Below, one piece after another: positions 10,389-19,283 of a DNA stretch of 64,000 nt (positions are counted from its first letter, which is position 1; the number at the start of each line of letters is the position of its first letter). Source of the stretch: Sumerlaeia bacterium (GTDB lineage: Bacteria > Sumerlaeota > Sumerlaeia > SLMS01 > JAHLLQ01); assembly GCA_040219255.1 (NCBI GenBank), contig JAVJSW010000060.1, forward strand, positions 224,001-288,000, read 5' to 3'. A program made the translations under genes and the position numbers. The notes below the pieces were generated by a model that searched no databases, was not told where the DNA came from, and saw only the letters and a list, made by a program, of their open reading frames with translations.

Positions 10389-11363
10389 ATGCTCGACATG
10401 ATCGAACTCGTTGAACGGCTCGAAGACCGAGTCAACCGCCTTGTCGGCGAAATCAATACCCTTCGCGACGCGAAGTCCCACCTGGAATCGGAAAACGACG
10501 GCCTCAAGATCACCCTGGCCGACTACGAACGGCTCAAGTCCGAACTGGCCGCCTCCGAATCCCGCAACACCGATCTGCGCGCCGAAAACGAAGGCCTCCG
10601 CGGCCAGCTCCAGGACGCCAACAACAGCCGCGACCGCCTGCGCCACGATCTCGAAGCGGCCCGCGTGAAAATCGGCGAGATGGAAACCGCCAACCGCAAC
10701 GTCACCGCCCACCGCGATGACCTTCAGGGCAGCCTTGAGCATGCCAACGGCCGCGCCGCCGAACTGGAAAACGCCCTAGCCTCCACCACCCAGGAACGCG
10801 ACACCGCCCGCCACGAGGCCCATCACCTCCACGGCGAACGCAACAGCCTCGCCGCCGAGCGCGACGCTCTCCAGGCCGAGCGCAACCAGCTGGAAAACGA
10901 AAAGAACGATCTCAACGCCCGCGTCGTGGAACTCGATGGCTGGCACCAGGGCGCTTGCCAGCATCGCGACGACCTGCAGGGTCAGCTCGACGGTGCCAAC
11001 CATCGCCTCCAAGAACTGGACCAGCAAATGGCCGCCGCTCTTGGCGAGCGTGACGCCGCCCGCGGCGAGGCCGAACAGCTTCGCAGCGACCGCGAGCATC
11101 TGAGCGCCGAAGTCCAGAAATCCCACCAGCGCATCGGCGAACTGGAGCACGATGTCGCTGAACTCGCCGAAATCAACGAGCGCATCGTCGGCATCGAGCA
11201 GGAGGCCGAGCGCCTCGTGCAGGAAAACGAGGAACTGCGGGCCCAACTGGGCGATTCCGACGACCGTTACAACGCGCTGCGAGAACGCCTCGGTTCCCTG
11301 ATCACCCGCATCGAAGCGGCCGAGTCCACCATCCGCCACGCCGAAATGGCCGCGGTGGAATGA
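10389..11363 (+). CDS. Long coiled-coil protein, ZapB-like termini
   Basis: Continuous heptad pattern; ZapB-like N-term (LEDRVNRLVGEINTLR) and C-term (LRERLGSLITRIE); directly upstream of zapA. Confidence 0.7.
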   Translation: MLDMIELVERLEDRVNRLVGEINTLRDAKSHLESENDGLKITLADYERLKSELAASESRNTDLRAENEGLRGQLQDANNSRDRLRHDLEAARVKIGEMETANRNVTAHRDDLQGSLEHANGRAAELENALASTTQERDTARHEAHHLHGERNSLAAERDALQAERNQLENEKNDLNARVVELDGWHQGACQHRDDLQGQLDGANHRLQELDQQMAAALGERDAARGEAEQLRSDREHLSAEVQKSHQRIGELEHDVAELAEINERIVGIEQEAERLVQENEELRAQLGDSDDRYNALRERLGSLITRIEAAESTIRHAEMAAVE

Positions 11364-11397
11364 CGCCAACCCCCTCGACCCAAAGGACGACGAACCG

Positions 11398-11721
11398 ATG
11401 AGCGAATCTTTGCGCCTGGTTGTGGCGGGCCATGAAATCCGCCTGAATGTGGAAGACGAAGAAGAAAAGCGCCACGTGGAATCGGCGGCCAAAGCGGTGG
11501 GTGATCTGATCAAACGCCTCTCCGCCCGCTCCGGCGTCATGTCCCCGGCCAAAGCCGCGGCCATGGCGGCCCTCCAGTTCGCCGTGGAAGCCTCCGTCGC
11601 CAACGAAATGGCCGACGATGCCCGCCAGTACTGCGAGAGCGTCGAGCGCCATAAGGAACTCACCGCCCGTATGCAGGGCATGCTGCACCGCGTCGAGGAA
11701 GTGCTGGAAGAAACCGGCTGA
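11398..11721 (+). CDS. zapA: Cell division protein ZapA
   Basis: 107 aa; LVVAGHEIRL...AAKAV...AAAMAALQFA followed by coiled coil. Confidence 0.8.
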   Translation: MSESLRLVVAGHEIRLNVEDEEEKRHVESAAKAVGDLIKRLSARSGVMSPAKAAAMAALQFAVEASVANEMADDARQYCESVERHKELTARMQGMLHRVEEVLEETG

Positions 11722-11765
11722 ACGAACAGCCTTTCTTCCTGGCCGCCTCCTCGAAAACCCCAGTG

Positions 11766-11793
11766 CCCCCGGTTCGACGCCGGGGGTTTTCTT
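11766..11793 (+). terminator. Intrinsic terminator after zapA
   Basis: CCCCCGG-TTCGACG-CCGGGGG hairpin followed by TTTTCTT. Confidence 0.7.
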
Positions 11794-11825
11794 GTCGGTG
11801 GCACGGGCTCTTCCGGAGCGGGCGC

Positions 11826-12551
11826 TCAGCTCGCCGCGGCCGTCCCCGCCTCTTCCCGCTCCGGCTCTAGGGCTTTCTTCGATTCCAGTTCGTCGAGCCG
11901 CTCGCACAGCGTGCGTATTTGTTCTTCCAGACTCAGGATGCGGTCGCGCACCGGGTCGGGCAGGTGGATGTGATCGAGAGCATCGCAGGGCCTCAGGCGC
12001 TTGCCCGCCGCCTTGACGATCTTGCCCGGGATGCCGACCACGGTGCAGTCCTCTGGCACGTCGGTCAGAACGACGCTGTTGGCCCCAACATAGACGTAGT
12101 CGCCGAGCGTGATGTTGCCGAGGACCTTGGCGCCGCCGCCGACCACGACGTGGTTGCCCAAGGTGGGGTGGCGCTTGCCACGCTGCTTGCCGGTGCCGCC
12201 GAGGGTAACCTGATGGAAGAGGGTGCAGTACTCGCCCACGATGGCGGTCTCGCCAATGACGACGCCCATGCCGTGGTCGATGAAGAACCCGGCGCCGATG
12301 CGGGCGGCCTGATGGATCTCCACGCCGGTCAGGAATCGATTCAGAATCGACAGCACCCTCGGCAGAAACGGAATCCCAAGACGGTAAAGCGTATGGGTGA
12401 TGCGATGGAAGAAGATGGCGTGGAAGCCGGGGTAGGTGAGGATGACTTCCAGCGGCGCGAGCGGCCCGCGAGCCGCCGGATCGTTCGCCAGCGCCTGCTG
12501 GAAATCCATCCGGATCGTTTCGAGAAGTGAGCGTTTGCGGGTGCCTGACAT
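11826..12551 (-). CDS. cysE: Serine O-acetyltransferase
   Basis: DPAAR, YPGFHA, GVEIH, FFIDHGMGVVIGET, GKRHPT, VVGIPG. Confidence 0.93.
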   Translation of the reverse strand: MSGTRKRSLLETIRMDFQQALANDPAARGPLAPLEVILTYPGFHAIFFHRITHTLYRLGIPFLPRVLSILNRFLTGVEIHQAARIGAGFFIDHGMGVVIGETAIVGEYCTLFHQVTLGGTGKQRGKRHPTLGNHVVVGGGAKVLGNITLGDYVYVGANSVVLTDVPEDCTVVGIPGKIVKAAGKRLRPCDALDHIHLPDPVRDRILSLEEQIRTLCERLDELESKKALEPEREEAGTAAAS

Positions 12552-12652
12552 GGGGCGCGGGGTTCCTCTGGCGTGGGAAAGGGCGCTTTCCCGGCGGTTG
12601 GTGAGCAAATCATGAGCCGCCGCCGCCGCTTCGCGCAACCCCGCTCTGCGCC

Positions 12653-13441
12653 CTAATTCGACGGCGCCGGCAGGACCTTGGCGTCTCCGGGCTTGGCGAA
12701 GAGCGACTCGTCCATCGGCATCGTCTTCACATTCGAGAGTTCGGCCGAGCCGAGTGCTTCGCCAAACACGCCTTTCTCAGCGCTCCAGTCGTGGAAACTC
12801 CACTCCATCGGAACCACAAAGCCGGCGTCCGTTTTCTGGAAGTCATCGTAAACGATGGCGTGCGGCTCGGATTCGGCCGACTCCACGTCGGTCTTGCCGT
12901 AGGTCACGATGTAGGACATGGCTTTGAGAGCGTGCGTTTCGGGGTCGCGATAGAGCACGTACCAGTCATCCGGCGCGTCGCCGACGCCCTCGCCAAAGGT
13001 CAGCTTGGCGGTGGCCATGGACTCGGACTCGGTCAGGGGCATTTCGCCCTTCGGCTCCACGTGGGTGCCGGGGTCGGAGAGCTTGAAGGGGGCGGCGAAG
13101 AAGTACGGCCAGGTGAAAATCGCGAAACGTGCCCGGGGCATGTCGGCGTCGGCGGGCGTCATCCAGACCGTCTCGCCATCGTAGCCGAGGACCGTGCCGT
13201 CGGCGTACTCGACGCGGACGCGGTTCATGCTGGGCGAGACGATCATTGTGCCATCGAGTCGCACCGACCCGCCGAAGGACAGGACGGCGTCCGCCGAAAT
13301 CAGCTCGGCGGCGGACCAGGCCTCCATATCGTGGGCGGCTTCGATCGATTCGACAAATTCGTCGCCGGAGGATTCGGCGGAGGCAAGGCTGGCGGTGGCA
13401 GCCAAAGCCAATACCGTCAGGGATCGGGAAAACACATTCAT
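12653..13441 (-). CDS. Secreted protein, DUF6503/LolA-like fold candidate
   Basis: Signal peptide; WPYFFAAPFKLSDPG, GVGDAPDDWY motifs. Confidence 0.6.
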   Translation of the reverse strand: MNVFSRSLTVLALAATASLASAESSGDEFVESIEAAHDMEAWSAAELISADAVLSFGGSVRLDGTMIVSPSMNRVRVEYADGTVLGYDGETVWMTPADADMPRARFAIFTWPYFFAAPFKLSDPGTHVEPKGEMPLTESESMATAKLTFGEGVGDAPDDWYVLYRDPETHALKAMSYIVTYGKTDVESAESEPHAIVYDDFQKTDAGFVVPMEWSFHDWSAEKGVFGEALGSAELSNVKTMPMDESLFAKPGDAKVLPAPSN

Positions 13442-13543
13442 GGGAATGAGCCTTTAGGGGGTGGAGTTTGCGTTGAAACACCGTGCAAAGGAAAGGCCAA
13501 GCCGGAGCGGGCCCATCCCAATTCCGGAACTGATCGTGACTTA

Positions 13544-14353
13544 TTACCCGAGGGCCACTTCCGCACCGGGCCCGAGGTAGGCCTCGACCACGCGCGGGTC
13601 GTTCTGCACCGATTCGGGGGGGCCGCTGGCGATGATTTCGCCGTGGTCGAGAACGTAGATGGCGTCGCTGATTTCCATAACCAGCTTCATGTCGTGCTCG
13701 ATCAGGAATACCGTCACGCCGGCCTGGCGAATGCGGCGGATCAGTTCGACCAGCTTGGCCGTCTCGGCCGGATTCATGCCCGCCGCCGGTTCGTCGAGCA
13801 GCAGCAGGCGCGGGTTGTTCGCCAGGCCGCGGGCGATTTCCAGGCGCCGCTGGTGGCCGTAGCTCAGGGAGGCGGCCTGCTCCTGGGCCTCGTGCTCCAG
13901 GCCGACGAACATCAGCCGGTTGAGCGCCCAGGTCTTAAGCGCCAGCTCCTCGCGGTTGGTCTTCGGCAACCGCAGCATCGCGCCCATCAAGCCGGCGCGG
14001 CCTTGCAGGTGGGCCCCCAGCATCACATTCTCGATCACCGACAGGCGGGGAAAAAGGCGGATGTTCTGGAATGTGCGCGAGACGCGGCGGGCGGTGATCT
14101 GATCGGGGCGCTTGCCTTGCAGAGGAACCTCGCGGCCGTTGGCTTCGCGCAGGAGGATTTGGCCGTTGGAGGGTGGAATGAGGCCGGTGCAGGTGTTGAA
14201 CAGCGTCGTCTTGCCCGCGCCGTTGGGGCCGATCAGGGCGACAATCTCGCCCTCGCGGACCTCCAGGCTGGCGTCCTTGATGGCCTGCACACCGCCGAAA
14301 TTCTTCGACACGTTGCGGATCGAGAGAATGGGCGGGGCGTCAGTGCGAGTCAT
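13544..14353 (-). CDS. livG: Branched-chain amino acid ABC transporter ATPase (LivG-like)
   Basis: GPNGAGKTT, RTFQNIRLF, LSYGHQRRLEIAR, LLDEPAAG, EHDM, VEAYLG. Confidence 0.9.
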   Translation of the reverse strand: MTRTDAPPILSIRNVSKNFGGVQAIKDASLEVREGEIVALIGPNGAGKTTLFNTCTGLIPPSNGQILLREANGREVPLQGKRPDQITARRVSRTFQNIRLFPRLSVIENVMLGAHLQGRAGLMGAMLRLPKTNREELALKTWALNRLMFVGLEHEAQEQAASLSYGHQRRLEIARGLANNPRLLLLDEPAAGMNPAETAKLVELIRRIRQAGVTVFLIEHDMKLVMEISDAIYVLDHGEIIASGPPESVQNDPRVVEAYLGPGAEVALG

Positions 14354-14487
14354 GGGGGCGGGCTCAGCGGGTGATCTAAGTCCCTATGCAGCCCGAAGCC
14401 AGCAGTGTGTAAAGGCGAAATGGGACCGTGGCTCGGGGGATTGTGAGGAACGAATAAGGACCCTTGGTCACAACCCCCCGCCGCCCC

Positions 14488-15879
14488 TCAGCCCCCGCCC
14501 TCGATCACGCCGAGGGCCTCGTCCACCACGTCGGCAATGAAGTCGGCGTCGGCTTTGGTCAGACACATGGGCGGTTTGATGCGCAGGACGTTGCCCCAGA
14601 GGCCGCCCTTGCCGAGCAGCAGGCCGCGTTCGCGGGCGAGTTCGAGGAGGCGGGCGGTTTCCGCTTTGGCCGGTTCTTTGGTCGTGCGGTCTTTGACCAG
14701 TTCGACGCCGAACATCAGGCCGAGCCCGCGCACGTCGCCGATCAGGGCGCGGCGCTGCTGGATTTCCAGGAAGCGCTCCTTCAGGTGGGCGCCGATGGCC
14801 TTGGCGTTGGCCTGGATGCCTTCTTCGTCGATGACTTCCAGGGTGGCCTTGGCGGCGGCCATGCTGACCGGATTGCCGCCGTAAGTGTTGAAGTGGATGC
14901 GGCGTTTCATTTGCTCGGCGATTTCCATGCGGGTGGTCACGGCGCCGAGAGGGGCGCCGTTGGCGATGCCCTTGGCCATGGAAACGAGATCGGGCTGAAC
15001 ATCCCAGTGCTCGAAGGCCCAGAAGTTCTCGCCGGTGCGGCCGAATCCGCCCTGCACTTCGTCGGCGATGCAGACACCACCGTACTTGCGCACGGTGTCG
15101 TAGACGATGCCGAAGTATTCCTTGGGCGGAATGACGACGCCGCCGACGCCCTGGATGCACTCGCCGATGAAGGCGGCGATTTCGCCGGAGGTCTCGTACT
15201 GGATTTTGTCGTCCAGGTCGCGGGCGCACTTGACGTTGCAACTCGGGTATTCGAGGCCGAAGGGGCACCGGTAGCAGTAGCCTGGGGTGGCGTGGATCGC
15301 GTTCTGGGGCGGCCCGGCGGGGAATTTCCAGGTGCCGTGGGCCGTCAGGCCCATCGTCGTCCCGGTGCCGCCATGATAGCCATTGCGAAGCCCGATCACG
15401 GTTTCACTGCCGGTGAAGAGGCGCGCCATCAGGATCGCCGTTTCGTTGGCCTCGGAGCCGGAGTTCGTGAAGTAGCTCACATCCAGATCACCGGGGAATT
15501 TGTCGGCGAGGGCCTTGGCGTAGAGGCCGACGTTGGGGTGCAGGTAGATCGTCGTCGTGTGCTGGAGCTTTTGGAGCTGCTCGACCTGGGCGCCGATGAC
15601 TTTGGGGTGCGAGTGGCCGACGCTGACGGTGACGATGCCGCCGAAGGCGTCGAGGTACTGGCGCCCATCTTTGTCATACAGGTACTGCCCTTTGCCTTCC
15701 ACGATCATGAGCGGCTGGGAATAGAGATGGAAGATGCCCGGATTGAGGTGCTCGCGGCGCAGGGCGAGCGCTTCGTCGAAGGACGGCCCCTCGTAAGGGA
15801 CGGGGGTGTAGCCGCTGGCGGGCGGGGCGAGCGGTTGCGCTGGGGCGGATTGGCTGGGGGAAGAAGTGGGGGGAGTCAC
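14488..15879 (-). CDS. Class III PLP aminotransferase (AGXT2/PYD4-like)
   Basis: YLDAFGGIVTVSVGH, NSGSEANE, ADEVQGGFGRTG, MAKGIANG, HFNTYGGNP. Confidence 0.9.
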   Translation of the reverse strand: MTPPTSSPSQSAPAQPLAPPASGYTPVPYEGPSFDEALALRREHLNPGIFHLYSQPLMIVEGKGQYLYDKDGRQYLDAFGGIVTVSVGHSHPKVIGAQVEQLQKLQHTTTIYLHPNVGLYAKALADKFPGDLDVSYFTNSGSEANETAILMARLFTGSETVIGLRNGYHGGTGTTMGLTAHGTWKFPAGPPQNAIHATPGYCYRCPFGLEYPSCNVKCARDLDDKIQYETSGEIAAFIGECIQGVGGVVIPPKEYFGIVYDTVRKYGGVCIADEVQGGFGRTGENFWAFEHWDVQPDLVSMAKGIANGAPLGAVTTRMEIAEQMKRRIHFNTYGGNPVSMAAAKATLEVIDEEGIQANAKAIGAHLKERFLEIQQRRALIGDVRGLGLMFGVELVKDRTTKEPAKAETARLLELARERGLLLGKGGLWGNVLRIKPPMCLTKADADFIADVVDEALGVIEGGG

Positions 15880-16180
15880 GACAGAGTCCGTTCCTTACAC
15901 GATGACTAGCGGCACGGTCCAAGAGGCCAGGGCCGGGAAACCATTGATTCGGTCAACAGTGAGGAGTGCCGGAGAGGAAGGGTTTCGTCAAGTGGGATGA
16001 AATTTTTCGTTCTTTCAATGCTGAATAATGAAAGAATGTGGTAAGATCGGGGCACTTCGCTTGTATCTGCAAAAATTTCGGCGCAATTTCCTCTTGATTG
16101 CGTCCTGAGAAAAGCCATTCTCAGGATGGTAATGGCGAAGAGTGCCATGCTCCCCTCAACGAAACTAAGGAGAGAGAGGA

Positions 16181-17794
16181 ATGAAATTTCCCCCAATAAC
16201 TCAATTTGCAATGAAGACGTCGATTTTAGGCGTGGTCTTCGCCGCACTCCCGTTCCTGGCCATCCACACCCCCGCCCAGGACACACTTTTCCTGGATTTC
16301 GACGACTATCTGGGCGGCCGAATCATCGATGATGAATATGTGCTCAGCCACGGCGTCACCTTCAGCGTGATCAACCCGAACAACGGCGGGGATCCAGACC
16401 TCGGTGTCCTTTATCCCTCCAACGTGGAACCGCCCGCTGGTCTCAGCACCGGCCTCTTCGACCCCGATTTGCAGGGACCGCCGACGAGTTATGGCAACTG
16501 GGCCACGGGCAACGCGGCGACGGAGAGCGCCGGCAACGTCCTGATTTCCCAGGAAACGAACCCCGAGGCGGCGGAGATCGCCGCGGGACAGCTCGGCAAC
16601 AAGAGCAATCCCCCGGACATCCCGGGTTTGACCGATGACCAGGAAACATACCCCGACGATCAAGGCAGCGGCTCCACCATCGTCGCCGTCCTCGACACAC
16701 CGGCCCGCGCCGTGCGGTTCAACTGGGTGGACCTGGACAACGGCGCCAGTGCTCCCGCCAAGCTGACGATCCGCTTCGTCGATACGCTGACCGGCGGCAG
16801 CCCTTCCATCGACATCCCGGTGCTGGCCTTTGTGACGAACAACGGAAACCCGTTTTACGATTCGACGGTGGCGTGGGCGGATGGATCGTTCGACCGGCTC
16901 GAGGAGATGGATCTCGACGAGATCAATTTCTACGAGGCCAACTACGGGCCGAACGCCACGACCCTGACCCGCTTCAACCGGGTCGAATGGATTGTCATTA
17001 CCTCCGGTGGCCTCGGCGATTTCATCGAGTTCGAGCCCATCGCCCAGGGTTGCTTCGGCGACATCGTCTTTAATGACACGGACAGCGACGGCGTCTTCGA
17101 GCCCAACAAGCCCAACGGCACCGACGAGACCGGCATCCCCGGCGTCGTCATGAACCTGTACCAGGATAACAACAACGACGGTGTCTTCGACGGAGGCGAT
17201 ACCCTTTATCGCCAGACGGAGACCGACGCGAATGGCTTCTACGAATTCATCGGACTGCCCGCCGGCAATTACGTCGTGGTGGTGGACGAAACCGGCGTCC
17301 TCTCCGGAATGACCAGCACGGGCCCCAACATTGACGAGGATGGCGAAACGCTCTCGACGGACGAGTGCTACGCCGCCGGCGACTTCGGTTACACGTCCAG
17401 CATCCTGGCGGTCGACCTCGTGTCCTTCGAGGCCCACCCCGGCGGCGCGGGCGAACCGATCGTCATCGCTTGGGAGACGGAGGCGGAAATCGACAACCTG
17501 GGCTTCAACCTCTACCGGGCGATTCCGTCGCCGATGCGCCGCGGGCCCGGAAGCGGCGGTGGCTGGAGCGTTGGGCCGAAGCTCAACGACGACCTGATTC
17601 CGGCCGATCCGACGGCTCTGCTTGGCGGCGCCGAGTATGCCTTCACGGACTTGGCCGGCTACGATCCCGCGGCGGCGCGCGGCTATTTCCTGGAAGACGT
17701 GGACGCTTCGGGCCGGACGACCCTCCATGGCCCGGCGATGATTCTGCCGTCGAAGCGCGATTCCGGGGTGGAGAGCTGGCGCATGGCCGAGTAA
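16181..17794 (+). CDS. Secreted protein with SdrD B-like domain, FN3-like C-terminal domain and Trp tail
   Basis: RBS-like AGGAG; signal peptide; GDIVFNDTDSDG...GIPGV...TDANGFYEF; LAVDLVSFEA...WETEAEIDNLGFNLYR; ends SGVESWRMAE. Confidence 0.85.
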   Translation: MKFPPITQFAMKTSILGVVFAALPFLAIHTPAQDTLFLDFDDYLGGRIIDDEYVLSHGVTFSVINPNNGGDPDLGVLYPSNVEPPAGLSTGLFDPDLQGPPTSYGNWATGNAATESAGNVLISQETNPEAAEIAAGQLGNKSNPPDIPGLTDDQETYPDDQGSGSTIVAVLDTPARAVRFNWVDLDNGASAPAKLTIRFVDTLTGGSPSIDIPVLAFVTNNGNPFYDSTVAWADGSFDRLEEMDLDEINFYEANYGPNATTLTRFNRVEWIVITSGGLGDFIEFEPIAQGCFGDIVFNDTDSDGVFEPNKPNGTDETGIPGVVMNLYQDNNNDGVFDGGDTLYRQTETDANGFYEFIGLPAGNYVVVVDETGVLSGMTSTGPNIDEDGETLSTDECYAAGDFGYTSSILAVDLVSFEAHPGGAGEPIVIAWETEAEIDNLGFNLYRAIPSPMRRGPGSGGGWSVGPKLNDDLIPADPTALLGGAEYAFTDLAGYDPAAARGYFLEDVDASGRTTLHGPAMILPSKRDSGVESWRMAE

Positions 17795-17840
17795 GGTCTG
17801 ACCGTTTCGCCAAATACGACTCGGCTTCCCTCCCGAATGG

Positions 17841-17878
17841 AAAGAAGCCCCCGCCGGTTCGCGGGGGCTTCTTTCTTT
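17841..17878. terminator. Bidirectional intrinsic terminator
   Basis: AAAGAAGCCCCCGC-CGGTTC-GCGGGGGCTTCTTT perfect 14-bp stem between convergent genes. Confidence 0.85.
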
Positions 17879-17921
17879 GGGGCAGGGGCCACTGGCGGAG
17901 GGTTCAGCGGCGGGGATTGGA

Positions 17922-19124
17922 TCAGGCGAGAAAGCGAATCCGGGTAAACAGATAGTCGAGGTTTTCCTGGCGGATGATCACGCGGCGGTAACCGCTCGAG
18001 GTGCGAACCGTGTTCCAGCCTTCTTCCTCGCACATGAACGGCGCCTCGCCGTTCTTGTCGTCGTACCAGTAGGCCAGCGAAATCTTGCCGTCACGGATTT
18101 CCAGCGACGTGATGTAGTTCTTCGAAATGACCGAGCCGCTATTGAACAGGCAGGGTACGCCGGTTTCCCGGTCGTAGAGGCTGCCGCGGACGCTGGAGCG
18201 ATGGCCCTTTTGGCGGATGCGGCGCAGTTCCGCATTGCACCGGGCGATTTCGCGCGTCAGGTCCTCGAGCCGTCCCGCGTCGCTGCATTGGCTGTGCTCT
18301 CGGCACAGGGCTTCGATGCGGTAGCGGAGCGAGTCGACTTTCGACAGGGCCTCGAACAACGGCCGGTGCGTGTGGCCGATCATGGTCATGACGCCGTGGC
18401 GGCGGGCGAAGTCGTAGCAGCGCTTCTCGAGCCGGTAGATGCTGTTGCTCTCGTAGGACTTCGAATAGTTCCGAAAGCCCAGGGGCGAGAGCAGGTACTT
18501 CATGAAGAGACCGAGTTGCTGGCCCGCGAAGGTCTGGTAGTGGGAGGCCTGGTGGCCGTGGAGGAGGAAGATTTCCCCGCCGCCGGCGCGAACGCGCAGG
18601 CCTTCGATATGCTCCACGTCGATGGGCAGATTCTTGCCGTGATCCTGGAGGAGACTCAGGTCATGGTTGCCGACGATTTTGTAGAGGTTCGTTTCGTTCT
18701 GGAACGCGCGGAACAGTTCGTAGAGATCGCCCCACTTCGATGTGATGGCGCTCAGGGGGAAGTTTTGCAGCTCTTCGACGTCGCCGTTGAGGGCGAGCTG
18801 GTAGCCGCTGTCGAGGTAGTGCTGGGCGCACACCTCCATGAAGAGCTTCGAGTTGGGCAGAAAGTCGTCGCGCCAGCCGCGATGGCCGACGTGCAGGTCG
18901 CTGAAGATCACGAGGCGGCCTTCGCGGCCGAGTTCGACGACGGGGGCGGATTGATAAACTCCGGCGATGCGGTCGTATGCGAGCCGGTCGACGGGGGAAT
19001 AGAGCCGCTGGCGCAGAGATTTCGGTTCGAGGGCTGAGGTGTCGGGGAGCGGGAAGGTGAGGTCCGCCGTGGCGGCTTGATAGACGGAGGACGTCTTGGG
19101 ATTGGAGAGAAGTTCGGTCGACAT
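17922..19124 (-). CDS. Calcineurin-like metallophosphoesterase
   Basis: SDLH, NGD, GNHD, HGH, GHTH motifs. Confidence 0.85.
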   Translation of the reverse strand: MSTELLSNPKTSSVYQAATADLTFPLPDTSALEPKSLRQRLYSPVDRLAYDRIAGVYQSAPVVELGREGRLVIFSDLHVGHRGWRDDFLPNSKLFMEVCAQHYLDSGYQLALNGDVEELQNFPLSAITSKWGDLYELFRAFQNETNLYKIVGNHDLSLLQDHGKNLPIDVEHIEGLRVRAGGGEIFLLHGHQASHYQTFAGQQLGLFMKYLLSPLGFRNYSKSYESNSIYRLEKRCYDFARRHGVMTMIGHTHRPLFEALSKVDSLRYRIEALCREHSQCSDAGRLEDLTREIARCNAELRRIRQKGHRSSVRGSLYDRETGVPCLFNSGSVISKNYITSLEIRDGKISLAYWYDDKNGEAPFMCEEEGWNTVRTSSGYRRVIIRQENLDYLFTRIRFLA

Positions 19125-19283
19125 CGCGGGGGATTGGACCTCGTCTCGGGAGTTTCTTCGTCGCCTGAAGTTTTCGGTGACGATTCACCCGAGCGCGGTT
19201 TTCCACAGCCCCGCAAACCGAAAGACGGGTGCGAGCGAACTTCTCTTCCTTTCGAAACGGTTTCTTAGCACAAAGCTTTGAAA

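Noticed and set aside
11722-11825. 6S RNA (often downstream of zapA) or tRNA fragment (GGTTCGA T-loop-like)
   Set aside because: Gap is only about 104 bp, too short for 6S; no cloverleaf; hairpin plus T-run fits an intrinsic terminator.
13544-14353. Orphan ABC components (livG, also lptB and MacB-like permease) as a novel transporter
   Set aside because: Each is a typical family member; partners are most likely encoded elsewhere in a genome with scattered operons.
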